This document shows, piece by piece, positions 31,463-40,661 of a stretch of 64,000 nucleotides of DNA. The notes beneath the pieces are model-generated. The model saw only the letters and a list, made by a program, of their open reading frames with translations, searched no databases and had not been told where the DNA came from. Source of the DNA: Actinomycetota bacterium (GTDB lineage: Bacteria > Actinomycetota > Actinomycetes > Nanopelagicales > Nanopelagicaceae). How positions within the stretch are numbered: position 1 is the stretch's first letter; every line of letters begins with the position of its first letter. A program made the position numbers and the translations under genes. The stretch lies in assembly GCA_010023045.1 (NCBI GenBank), contig RGJX01000002.1, forward strand, positions 8,999-72,998, written 5' to 3'.

Positions 31463-32883
31463 TTCGATCCCTCTTTCTTCTCTGCCGCCTGCGCGGATTT
31501 CGTACCCTTACGTTTCTTCAAAACCCAGCCAAGAATATTGACCTGGCGTGCCCTTCCGATACCAAGCGCGCCCGCAGGTACATCTTCATCTATTACCGAG
31601 CCCGCCGCCGTATAGGCGCCATCCCCAATAGTCACAGGGGCAATCAACATTGAATCGCTTCCGATCCTTACGTGATCACCAACCTTGGTCTCATGCTTTT
31701 CGACGCCATCGTAATTTACAAAGATAGTGGCAGCGCCGATATTCGATTCACGGCCGATCTGGGCATCTCCTACATAGGAAAGATGCGGGACTTTAGAACC
31801 TTCACCAACGAGAGCATTCTTCATCTCAACAAATGATCCGACTTTTACCTCGCTTGCAAGAACAGTTCCGCCGCGTAGATGTGAGTATGGACCTACGTTG
31901 GCACGCTCTCCAATCTTGCTTGCCTCACAGTGCGATTCAAATACCCTAGCGCCAGCGCCAACTTCGGTATCAATCAAGGTGCTACGCGGTCCTATAACAG
32001 CACCGGTTGCAACTTTTGATTTACCTCGAATCGCAACCCCCGGTTCAATTCGCACATCGCTTGCGATCTCGACATCTAAATCAATCCAAACCGAGGATGG
32101 ATCAGTTATCGACACTCCACTTCGCATTAGCGAATCATTTATCCGATCACGCATTAATGAGGCAACATCGGCAAGTTGAGCGCGATCATTGATTCCCAGA
32201 ATCTCGACGAAATCAGTCGCTAAGTAGGTTGAAACCTTTTTGCCCTCACCTTTAAGAATTGAGATTACATCAGTTAAATACTCTTCACCCTGGGAGTTAG
32301 ATTTTGAGAGTTTGGCAAGGGCAGCTCTTAATGAATCTAGATCAAATACATAAACTCCGGAATTGATCTCGCTGATCTCGCGAATGACATCATCTGCATC
32401 GCGCTCTTCAACTATCGACTCAAGCTCGCCTGCTTTGTCATAGACAATTCGGCCGTATCCAAAAGGATCTGGGAGTTCGGTAGTTAATACTGTTGCTGCG
32501 GCGCCACTTTCATTATGGGCTTTTACCAATTCACTAAGAGTCGTACCGGTGAGAAGCGGCGTATCGCCGGCACAGATTAGAACTTTGCCAGAGCTAGTGG
32601 CACCTTCTAATGCAAGCTTTGTGGCATGCCCGGTTCCACCGCGAACTTCTTGATAAATACTCTTTGCAGATGGTGCGATTGCACCTAGTTCTTTGATTAC
32701 TTCATCTTTCCCGGAACCGACAACTACCCGAACTTCCTTAGAATCTAATTTGGCAACTGCACTTAGAACGTGTGCAAGGATTGAACGACCAGCAATTTGG
32801 TGGAGGACTTTAGGGGTGCTTGATTTCATCCGAGTTCCCTCGCCAGCGGCGAGGACGATCACTAGATCGAGCCGGCTCAACAC
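31459..32883 (-). CDS. glmU: bifunctional UDP-N-acetylglucosamine pyrophosphorylase / glucosamine-1-phosphate N-acetyltransferase
   Basis: The LAAGEGTRMKS..PKVLH N-terminus is followed by C-terminal left-handed beta-helix hexapeptide repeats. Confidence 0.95.
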   Translation of the reverse strand: MLSRLDLVIVLAAGEGTRMKSSTPKVLHQIAGRSILAHVLSAVAKLDSKEVRVVVGSGKDEVIKELGAIAPSAKSIYQEVRGGTGHATKLALEGATSSGKVLICAGDTPLLTGTTLSELVKAHNESGAAATVLTTELPDPFGYGRIVYDKAGELESIVEERDADDVIREISEINSGVYVFDLDSLRAALAKLSKSNSQGEEYLTDVISILKGEGKKVSTYLATDFVEILGINDRAQLADVASLMRDRINDSLMRSGVSITDPSSVWIDLDVEIASDVRIEPGVAIRGKSKVATGAVIGPRSTLIDTEVGAGARVFESHCEASKIGERANVGPYSHLRGGTVLASEVKVGSFVEMKNALVGEGSKVPHLSYVGDAQIGRESNIGAATIFVNYDGVEKHETKVGDHVRIGSDSMLIAPVTIGDGAYTAAGSVIDEDVPAGALGIGRARQVNILGWVLKKRKGTKSAQAAEKKEGSK

Positions 32884-32925
32884 CCCACCTTTCGTGATGG
32901 ACTCAATTCTATTCGGTCAATTAAG

Positions 32926-33000
32926 TGGCTCCTCCACCAGGTATCGATCCTGGACCCTGGGCTTCAAAGGCCCATGTGCTAGCCACTACACAATGGAGGA
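32926..33000 (-). tRNA. tRNA-Gln (anticodon UUG), CCA encoded
   Basis: The hand-folded minus strand is TCCTCCA TT GTGT AGTGGCTA GCAC A TGGGC CTTTGAA GCCCA GGGT CCAGG ATCGATA CCTGG TGGAGGA G CCA. The U1:A72 pair is typical of tRNA-Gln. The T-loop starts with A rather than T. Confidence 0.88.
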
Positions 33001-33019
33001 ACCTGAATTCTATTGGGTT

Positions 33020-33928
33020 TCAGGTATTGCTAATGACGCGAGCGCCTGGAACCGGGCCAGCTACGCGAATTACATTCCCTACCACTCCGCTTGAAGTTAG
33101 GGCTACGACGAGATCTAGCGCATGATCTTCATTTTCGGCGAGGAATGCGACGGTCGGGCCAGAACCCGAGACGATTCCACCAAGTGCGCCGTAATCAATT
33201 CCAACATCAAGTATTAATCGCAGCGCAGGTTTTAATGAACAAGCCGCAGCTTGCAGATCATTGCTAAGTGATTTTCCGAGTGCGTTGGCATCGCCATGAG
33301 TAAGTGCCTGCAGAAGTGAGTCGCTCACATGTGGCTTTGAGATATCTAGCCCCTCACGCAAACGGTCACACTCTTTGTAAACAGCCGGTGTGGAAAGTCC
33401 TGAAGTCGATAGAGCCAAAACCCAGTTATACGAACCGCGTGAAAGAACTGGGGTGACTTGATCGCCTCTTCCAGTCCCAATTGCAGTACCACCTGAAATC
33501 GTAAAAGGAACATCGGCACCAATCTCACTGCCGATTCGCTCCATCTCATCACGCGTTAAGCCAAGGGAAAATAGGGAGTCAATCCCAACAATCGTCGCAC
33601 CTGCATTTGCGCTTCCTCCAGCCATGCCGCCCGCAATTGGAATTTCTTTTTTAATCTTAATTAATAATCCAGAACCGATATCAAACTTCTTACACATCAA
33701 CTCGGCAGCTTTGTGAGCAAGATTCTCACCATTTAAAGGCATTGATGATTTTCCAGTAGCAGCAATTTCTATTCCTTGCGCATCAGTCTCGGAAATTGTC
33801 AGTTCATCGAAGAGTGAGACAGATTGAAAGACTGTTGCTAATTCATGATAGCCATCGCGTTGTAACGGTCCGACCGAAAGTTGGAGGTTGATCTTGCCCG
33901 GAACCCGGACAGATACCTGATTGGTCAT
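33020..33928 (-). CDS. ispE: 4-diphosphocytidyl-2-C-methyl-D-erythritol kinase
   Basis: It shows the PGKINL.L.V....DGYH.L pattern and the GHMP kinase motif PIAGGMAGGSANAGA. Confidence 0.9.
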   Translation of the reverse strand: MTNQVSVRVPGKINLQLSVGPLQRDGYHELATVFQSVSLFDELTISETDAQGIEIAATGKSSMPLNGENLAHKAAELMCKKFDIGSGLLIKIKKEIPIAGGMAGGSANAGATIVGIDSLFSLGLTRDEMERIGSEIGADVPFTISGGTAIGTGRGDQVTPVLSRGSYNWVLALSTSGLSTPAVYKECDRLREGLDISKPHVSDSLLQALTHGDANALGKSLSNDLQAAACSLKPALRLILDVGIDYGALGGIVSGSGPTVAFLAENEDHALDLVVALTSSGVVGNVIRVAGPVPGARVISNT

Positions 33929-33940
33929 GCCTTGAGCGTA

Positions 33941-34783
33941 TTACTTACTTGCGAGCCACGCTTTCGCAAGTCTGGCGAATTGGGAGACATCTAAAGACTC
34001 GCCGCGCGAAGTGGGGTCAATCCCAGCCTCTACTAGGAGTGATTCCGCCTTACTTGATGAACCAATGAGATCACTTAGGGCTGATCGGAGCATCTTTCTT
34101 CGCTTACCGAATGCGCTATCAATCAATTTGAAAGTTGATTTCCGAAGGGTTTCATCTCCGATTGGCGCATGGCGGCGGAATGAAACTAGCGCTGAATCAA
34201 CATTAGGCATTGGCCAGAATACGTTTCGAGAGACGTCATCGCTAAGCTCAACATCACACCACCAAGCAGCCTTAGCGCTGGGGACTCCATAACTCTTCGA
34301 GCCGGGCTGTGCAGCTAATCGATCCGCTACTTCATATTGCACCATCACCAATCCTGATTGGATAGATGGAAAGAGTTCTAAGAAATGAAGTAGGACTGGA
34401 ACAGATACGTTGTAAGGAAGATTTGCTACCAACTTATCTGGAGGAAAGTTCAATTCCTTAACATGGAGAGCGTCTGCATTGATGATCTCAATTTCGCCCC
34501 CACCATGATCCTTAACAGTCTGCGCTAATCGCCCAGCGAGGCGAGTATCTATCTCAATTACGCTCACCTTTGATGTTGCTTGCAATATCGCCAACGTTAG
34601 TGATCCAAGACCTGGCCCAATCTCAAGAACTCTCTCCCCAGCTCTCACATCTGCAATTCGCACAATTTTCTTACAGGTATTTGCATCAACAACAAAATTC
34701 TGACCCAGAGATTTAGTAGGACGGAGTTCTAATTCATCAGCAAGGGCCCTAACTTCACTTGCTCCTAATAAAGTGATGGTCAT
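33941..34783 (-). CDS. rsmA: 16S rRNA (adenine1518/1519-N6)-dimethyltransferase
   Basis: It has the KSLGQNFV.D, VLEIGPGLGSLT and NLPYN motifs. Confidence 0.92.
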   Translation of the reverse strand: MTITLLGASEVRALADELELRPTKSLGQNFVVDANTCKKIVRIADVRAGERVLEIGPGLGSLTLAILQATSKVSVIEIDTRLAGRLAQTVKDHGGGEIEIINADALHVKELNFPPDKLVANLPYNVSVPVLLHFLELFPSIQSGLVMVQYEVADRLAAQPGSKSYGVPSAKAAWWCDVELSDDVSRNVFWPMPNVDSALVSFRRHAPIGDETLRKSTFKLIDSAFGKRRKMLRSALSDLIGSSSKAESLLVEAGIDPTSRGESLDVSQFARLAKAWLASK

Positions 34784-35637
34784 GGCGCGAAAGAGCCAAA
34801 AATTAACTCTGCAGTTTCACTTATTGAGTTCGCTAAGTGACTTAACTCTTCGCCTCGTTCTTCGGCCATCACGCGGAGCGTGTTTGGAATCTGGGCGGGG
34901 GTATTAAGCGCCCCTCGATGTGGCATTGGCGTCAAGAAGGGTGAATCGGTTTCAACTAGAAGAAGCTCTAGTGGGACTAACTTCAAAGCCTCGCGAAGGT
35001 GCGGAGCGTTCTTAAATGTAACCGTCCCGGCAAAAGATAAGTAGTAACCCTTCGCTACGCACTCTCGCGCCATTTCAGAGCCACCAGAGTAGCAATGAAA
35101 GATTGTCTTCTCCGGAGCACCGACCTCCGCCAAAGTATCGAGGACTGCGCGATGGGCGTCTCGATCATGAATCACTAACGCTTTCTTATATTTCTTAGCA
35201 ATTTCAATATGGCGGATAAAGGAATATCGTTGGCGTTCTCGCAAACTTTCTTCGGTACGGAAAAAATCAAGACCAGTCTCGCCAATTGCGCGAACTTTTG
35301 GATGAGCCGCGAGCTCCTCGATTCGCTTTAAATCACTCTCTAGATCAGCCACTACCGGAGCCTCATTAGGGTGTAGGGCAACAGCTGCCAAAACTCCATC
35401 CCAATGTTCCGCGAGACGAACTGACCACTCTGATTGTTCGGCGGAATATCCAACTTGAACAATTCGATCTATGCCGACCGACTTCGCATCTGCAAGTACT
35501 TTTCCAATTGCGTCACTCTCTGGATCAGTGTTGGTCACGATCTCTAAATGCGCATGGGTGTCTACGCAGGTAGTCGGGAGTGGTTCCGGAAGCGGAGCGG
35601 GTTGGCGATCAAGATCGCGATTATGTCGATCTGCCAT
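34780..35637 (-). CDS. tatD: TatD family metal-dependent hydrolase
   Basis: It has the DTHAHL, GE.GLD, HDRDAH and ETDSP motifs. Its stop overlaps the rsmA start (ATGA). Confidence 0.85.
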   Translation of the reverse strand: MADRHNRDLDRQPAPLPEPLPTTCVDTHAHLEIVTNTDPESDAIGKVLADAKSVGIDRIVQVGYSAEQSEWSVRLAEHWDGVLAAVALHPNEAPVVADLESDLKRIEELAAHPKVRAIGETGLDFFRTEESLRERQRYSFIRHIEIAKKYKKALVIHDRDAHRAVLDTLAEVGAPEKTIFHCYSGGSEMARECVAKGYYLSFAGTVTFKNAPHLREALKLVPLELLLVETDSPFLTPMPHRGALNTPAQIPNTLRVMAEERGEELSHLANSISETAELIFGSFAP

Positions 35638-35640
35638 TAA

Positions 35641-37992
35641 CTAGATTTCTTGCTTCTCTTCTAATCGCGGGAAAAGAATCTCACCTTTGCTTATCTTTGT
35701 ACCTGGGTGGAGTTGGGCCCAATTAGCTACGTCTGAGATTTTCTGCTTCTCTAGTTCTCCCAGAGTCTTATCCGCGCCGAGATAGCCCCATAACTTCTTG
35801 GTTGAAATCGGCATTATCGGATAAAGCAAGATTGCAAGCGCACGGAGCGATTCAGCAGTGTTGTAAAGAATTGCATCAAGTTCCGCTTTACGGGTTGGAT
35901 CTTTTGCAACAACCCAGGGTTCCTTAATGGTCACATAGCCATTAACTTCTTTACAAAACTCCATAATTGAATTTATGCCGCCTTGAAAATCTAATGCACA
36001 GATAGCTTTATCAGCGACTCTCACCGTCTTTTCAAGTGAACTCGCCAGTTCACTTGATTGAGCTCGTTCTGGAAGTACTCCGCCACAGTATTTTTCAATC
36101 ATCGCCGTCAAGCGAGAGGCTAGATTTCCAAAGTCATTAGCTAGCTCACTCGTATATCGAGCGCTCATATCTTCCCAAGAGAAAGAACCATCGCTTCCAA
36201 AAGGTATGGCTCTCATGAAGTAGTAGCGGAAAGCATCAACGCCAAAATGTGAGGTGATATCAGAGGGCGCAATTCCAGTTAGCTTGCTCTTACTCATCTT
36301 CTCGCCACCGACTAAGAGCCAGCCATGAGCAAATACTTTTCTTGGAACAGGAATTCCGGCAGCCATCAACATCGCCGGCCAGATAACGGCGTGGAAACGC
36401 AAAATATCCTTACCTACTAAGTGCACATCGGCGGGCCAAGTCTTGGCAAAGAACTTTCCGCCCTCACTATCAGCTGGATCGGTTAGTCCAACTGCAGTGG
36501 CGTAATTTAGAAGTGCATCGAACCAGACATAGACAACTTGCTTGACATCCCAAGGAACTTTAATTCCCCAATCAAATGTAGAACGCGAGATGGATAGATC
36601 CGATACTCCACCCTCTAGAAATGCAACAACTTCATTTCGAGCGCTATCAGGTTGGCAGGCATCTGGATTCTTCTTGTAATGATCAAGAAGCGGTTGAACG
36701 AAGGCAGATAGCTTGAAGAACCAATTTGTTTCTTTGACCATCTCAACTGGTTTCGAGTGAATCTTGCACTTTCCTTCATCAAGATCTCCCGGAAGTTTGA
36801 ACTCTTCGCAGCCAACACAGTAAGGGCCCTCATAATTACCTTCGTAGATAAAGCCCTTCTCCATCAATCCAGTTAAGAATTTCTGTACCCGCTCGGTATG
36901 GCGAGACTCAGTAGTCCGGATGAAATCGTCATTGGCAATCTCTAGATCCCGCCAAACTGGCTTCCAAGCGCTCTCAACCAAGCGATCGCACCACTGTTGG
37001 GGCGGAGTGTTATTAGCTTCTGCTGTTCGCATTACTTTCTGGCCATGTTCATCAGTTCCCGTTAAATACCAGACCGATTCACCTTTCTGGCGATGCCAAC
37101 GGGTGAGGAAATCTCCGGCAACAGTTGTATAGGCATGACCGATGTGTGGAGCATCATTTACATAATAAATAGGCGTCGTCAGATAGAAAGATTTTTCTGG
37201 CGCGGCCATGAGAAAAGCGACCGTTGCAATCGCTTCTTTCCGCGAGATTCCGGCGCTCTCATAGCGCTTCACCAAATCTGCAATCTCCGTTTCGCTATGG
37301 CTAACTTCTTGCGGATTAAATCCATTAACTACGATCGTGAACTCCCCGAGCATCTCTTTGGATTGTGACCACTCGAATAACTCCTGCAAGGTCCCTCTTA
37401 CAGTCTCTTCGTAGGTCTTGGTCATCTCTCTACAAATGGCGCCGCGGCGCTCTGGCCCAAATATCTTTAGCGCTGACTCTAGAAATGAATTGATGCGATG
37501 TGGCGCTTCAAAGAAAACCAGAGTTCTCACTTCTTGCGAGAGCTCTTCTAGAGCGCGATCACGAGCTATATCAGTGCGTGGAAGAAATCCTTCGAAGGCA
37601 AAGCGGTCAGAGGGAAGTCCAGAAAGTATCAATGCAGTCGTGACTGCGCTTGCGCCCGGAAGGACTTGGATTGGAAAATTCTTCTCAAGCGCCATAGAAA
37701 TTGCGCGATACCCAGGATCGCTAACACCCGGCATTCCCGAGTCAGTTATCAAGAGAACTTGATCAAATTCATTTAAGGCCCGTTCTAAATCACCCAGACG
37801 CTCCCTCTCATTTCCCTCAAAAAATGAGATGACCTTCGCTTTACTTTCAATCCCTAGATCGCTACATAACCGAGCAAACTTTCGAGAATCTTCTGCAGCC
37901 ACAAATTGGGAGGATTCGATAGCGGCCCTCAGGCGCGTAGTCGCATCGCCAAAGTTTCCAATGGGCGCAGCAGCGACGATAAGAGTTCCCAT
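35641..37992 (-). CDS. metG: fusion protein: RsmI-like 16S rRNA 2'-O-methyltransferase (residues 1 to about 255) + methionyl-tRNA synthetase (residues about 262-783)
   Basis: The N-terminal part carries RsmI blocks: AAPIGN, AAEDSR, DSGMPGVSDPGY, SGLPSDRFAFEGFLP, FFEAPHR and REMTKTYEE. The C-terminal part is a full MetRS with TTPIYYVNDAPHIGH, KMSKS and an anticodon-binding domain. It is one uninterrupted frame. Confidence 0.85.
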   Translation of the reverse strand: MGTLIVAAAPIGNFGDATTRLRAAIESSQFVAAEDSRKFARLCSDLGIESKAKVISFFEGNERERLGDLERALNEFDQVLLITDSGMPGVSDPGYRAISMALEKNFPIQVLPGASAVTTALILSGLPSDRFAFEGFLPRTDIARDRALEELSQEVRTLVFFEAPHRINSFLESALKIFGPERRGAICREMTKTYEETVRGTLQELFEWSQSKEMLGEFTIVVNGFNPQEVSHSETEIADLVKRYESAGISRKEAIATVAFLMAAPEKSFYLTTPIYYVNDAPHIGHAYTTVAGDFLTRWHRQKGESVWYLTGTDEHGQKVMRTAEANNTPPQQWCDRLVESAWKPVWRDLEIANDDFIRTTESRHTERVQKFLTGLMEKGFIYEGNYEGPYCVGCEEFKLPGDLDEGKCKIHSKPVEMVKETNWFFKLSAFVQPLLDHYKKNPDACQPDSARNEVVAFLEGGVSDLSISRSTFDWGIKVPWDVKQVVYVWFDALLNYATAVGLTDPADSEGGKFFAKTWPADVHLVGKDILRFHAVIWPAMLMAAGIPVPRKVFAHGWLLVGGEKMSKSKLTGIAPSDITSHFGVDAFRYYFMRAIPFGSDGSFSWEDMSARYTSELANDFGNLASRLTAMIEKYCGGVLPERAQSSELASSLEKTVRVADKAICALDFQGGINSIMEFCKEVNGYVTIKEPWVVAKDPTRKAELDAILYNTAESLRALAILLYPIMPISTKKLWGYLGADKTLGELEKQKISDVANWAQLHPGTKISKGEILFPRLEEKQEI

Positions 37993-38024
37993 CTAGCAAT
38001 TCTCGCATCAGTATCCTTCTACTT

Positions 38025-39254
38025 ATGCCTCGCCCATCCCCTCGCTTGATATTGGGCTTGATTCTTCTGTTAACGGCGCTGATTCGATTCTGGAATCTTG
38101 GAACTCCAGACAAACTGGTTTTTGATGAGGTCTATTACGTAGATGGTGCAAAGGATTACTTGACCAATGGCGTGGAAACGACCAAGGGGGCTGCGGAATT
38201 CGTAGTCCATCCGCCAGTTGGTAAGTGGCTGATTGCTTTAGGAATACAAATACTTGGAGACAGTCCAGCTGGATGGCGCCTTTCCGCCGCGATATTTGGG
38301 ACTTTTTCGATTCTTTTGATCTATTTTGTTGCCCTAAGACTCTTTAGCTCACAATTCCTAGCACTTGTCTCCGCCGGTTTAATGAGTATTGATGGGCTTC
38401 ATCTAGTTATGTCACGTACTGCACTACTTGATATCTTTTTGATGTTCTTCTTACTAGCCGCCTTCCTAGCGCTATTGCATGAGCGACATATTGTTGCAGC
38501 GTTACTACTCGGACTTGCGCTTGGCACAAAATGGAGCGCGATTTATTTTATTGCCGCAATTCTAATTTACCTTCTGGTAATAAATCGAAGAAGAGCTCTT
38601 CTATACCTTCCCATAATCCCAATCACTTATCTCTTCACTTGGAGTGGTTGGCTAATCTCAGATAAAGGTTGGTCTAGAGATTACTCAAGCAACCCACTGA
38701 TTTCTCTATTTCAGTATCACCGAGAGATTTTGAATTTTCATACTGGCCTCACGACCGAACATTCCTATGAAGCAAGTCCATGGAATTGGTTGGTTTTAGG
38801 AAGACCAACTTCGTTCTTCTACGAATCACCAAAGAGTTGTGGTGCCGAGAGTTGTTCCCAAGAGATTCTTGCTATGGGTACTCCAATAATCTGGTGGTTT
38901 GGGTTAATTGCGCTCTTCATAACTCTTGGTTACTTCATAACTAGAAGAGAGCGCGGAGCAGGTCTTATTCTTCTCGCCCTTTTATCTAATTATCTTCCCT
39001 GGTTGCTCTTCCCAGAACGGACAACTTTTTACTTCTACGCAATCGCATTTCTTCCCTACTTGATTCTCGCGATAACTTACTCAATAAAGCTCTACCTAGA
39101 AGATGAAGCTAAGCAACCGAAGCGGATCCAAAATGTCTATGCCGCTCTGGGCCTAACAGCCCTTATTTTCGCTTACTTTGCCCCGGTCTATCTTGGGATA
39201 GTTCTAACTTATGATGATTGGTATTCCAGAATGTGGTTACCTAGTTGGATCTAG
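38025..39254 (+). CDS. pmt: PMT-family (GT39-like) phospholipid carrier-dependent protein O-mannosyltransferase
   Basis: It is polytopic and carries the N-terminal LVFDEVYY motif (the DE catalytic pair). It sits divergently next to rsmI, as in mycobacteria. Confidence 0.8.
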   Translation: MPRPSPRLILGLILLLTALIRFWNLGTPDKLVFDEVYYVDGAKDYLTNGVETTKGAAEFVVHPPVGKWLIALGIQILGDSPAGWRLSAAIFGTFSILLIYFVALRLFSSQFLALVSAGLMSIDGLHLVMSRTALLDIFLMFFLLAAFLALLHERHIVAALLLGLALGTKWSAIYFIAAILIYLLVINRRRALLYLPIIPITYLFTWSGWLISDKGWSRDYSSNPLISLFQYHREILNFHTGLTTEHSYEASPWNWLVLGRPTSFFYESPKSCGAESCSQEILAMGTPIIWWFGLIALFITLGYFITRRERGAGLILLALLSNYLPWLLFPERTTFYFYAIAFLPYLILAITYSIKLYLEDEAKQPKRIQNVYAALGLTALIFAYFAPVYLGIVLTYDDWYSRMWLPSWI

Positions 39255-40037
39255 TTATTCGTTTGCGGCGCGATTTGTTCTGATCTGCTCTTCTACTTCA
39301 TCAGCAATACTCTGATCGAAAATCTCATCTGAGCTCGGCTTAAGAAACTTCCGTAACTCTTCTTCTTGGGCCGCGCTCCATGCTCCCGGAACCGTTAGAT
39401 CGATTCTCCGCCGTGGTACCGCTTTTGGGGAATTGGCGTAGGAAGGAGGTGGAACGCTAACCGGATCCCATGTCTTTCCGGTTGAACCCTTTGGAATAAT
39501 TGTGATTCCATGAACATCAGATGCCGATTTAGCAACTCGATCAGCAAGTGGTGTCCACTGTTCATCAACTAACTCATCTTTAGCTCTAGAAACTCGCTTA
39601 GATCTTGCAATCAACTCTAAGTACTCGCTTGTGGCTCTCTCGCTTCTCATGGCTGATTCAGTTGCAGTCAAAATCTCTTCATTGATTGCGCTAACTTGAT
39701 GACGTACATGAACAACATAGAGACCCATTCCAGAAATTGGAATTGCGATGATTGCAGGTGATAAAAATCCGACTAGAGCAAAGAGCGAGACGATAAGAGT
39801 CAAACCTACAATCGAGAAGAAGAGAATCCTTCTTATTAGAATCTGATTCTCTTTCTTTCGAAGTAGTTCAGCCAAATCGTCACTCGAGTTACCAGAAGTC
39901 TTTCCAACTACCTTCATGGTTGAGGCAAACTTTTCAATTGATCGCCCAGATACTTCTTCATGATTTGCAATCCATCGCGGGAGGAAATAGGCGATCCACA
40001 TGCCAACGATGATGATGTAGATCAAACCCGAACCCAT
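39255..40037 (-). CDS. conserved actinobacterial membrane protein (N-terminal TM, two central TM, cytoplasmic C-terminal region), possibly GlpR-like
   Basis: It has a hydrophobic N-terminus (LIYIIIVGMWIAYFL) and a central TM pair. It occupies the position beside the rimJ-like and MoeA-like genes, as I recall for the mycobacterial Rv0994-Rv0996 cluster. No enzymatic motif is recognised. Confidence 0.5.
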   Translation of the reverse strand: MGSGLIYIIIVGMWIAYFLPRWIANHEEVSGRSIEKFASTMKVVGKTSGNSSDDLAELLRKKENQILIRRILFFSIVGLTLIVSLFALVGFLSPAIIAIPISGMGLYVVHVRHQVSAINEEILTATESAMRSERATSEYLELIARSKRVSRAKDELVDEQWTPLADRVAKSASDVHGITIIPKGSTGKTWDPVSVPPPSYANSPKAVPRRRIDLTVPGAWSAAQEEELRKFLKPSSDEIFDQSIADEVEEQIRTNRAANE

Positions 40038-40089
40038 GAAGCCTAACCCTAAAGGGCGGAATTGGACTTTTCGGGTATTTCCCCGAAAT

Positions 40090-40644
40090 CTAAATTCTCG
40101 TGTTCTCCTTTACAAAGACGATGTGATCTCGCCATTCACCATCAATATGTAAATAACGTGGGCGTAATCCTTCGAAAATAAATCCAGCTTTTTCTGCTAC
40201 CCGTTTAGATGCGCCATTTTCTGGGCGGAGTCCAATTTCGATCCGATGTAATCGCAACTCCTCAAGTCCAAAGCGAGTTACCTCGCGCACGGCTCTGGTC
40301 GTAATCCCCTTATTCGCATGTCCTTTATCTATCCAATAACCAATATGGGCGCCGCGATATGCGCCATATGAGACACCGCCAAGGGTGATTTGGCCGATTA
40401 ATTGGTTATGAAACCAGATTGCAAATGAGTACGAGCGACCGGCCTTTCCTTCTCTCTTATGGAAATTAACCATCTCAACGTATGTCGGCAGAGTTTTCTG
40501 CTCCTCTATCAGAGGAGAAGTCGCCTCCCATGGCTTTAGCCACTCTCGATTTCGATTCCGCAGATCTAGCCAAGCCCTACGATCGCGCAGGCGAAGCGGT
40601 TGAAGCGTGATCTCGCCTTCTTTTAGGAGTATCGGCCAATTCAT
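40090..40644 (-). CDS. GNAT family N-acetyltransferase (RimJ/RimL-like)
   Basis: It shows an acetyl-CoA binding pattern (NKGITTRAV.E...F) and the RimJ-like blocks WL.PWE and R.E..NGAS.RVAEK.GF..EG. Confidence 0.8.
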   Translation of the reverse strand: MNWPILLKEGEITLQPLRLRDRRAWLDLRNRNREWLKPWEATSPLIEEQKTLPTYVEMVNFHKREGKAGRSYSFAIWFHNQLIGQITLGGVSYGAYRGAHIGYWIDKGHANKGITTRAVREVTRFGLEELRLHRIEIGLRPENGASKRVAEKAGFIFEGLRPRYLHIDGEWRDHIVFVKENTRI

Positions 40645-40661
40645 TTCTAGTCTCTATTTGC

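Noticed and set aside
32693-33125. ORFs of 133 aa and 66 aa spanning the glmU/ispE spacer.
   Set aside because: They overlap tRNA-Gln and run antisense to the glmU and ispE ends. They carry no motifs.
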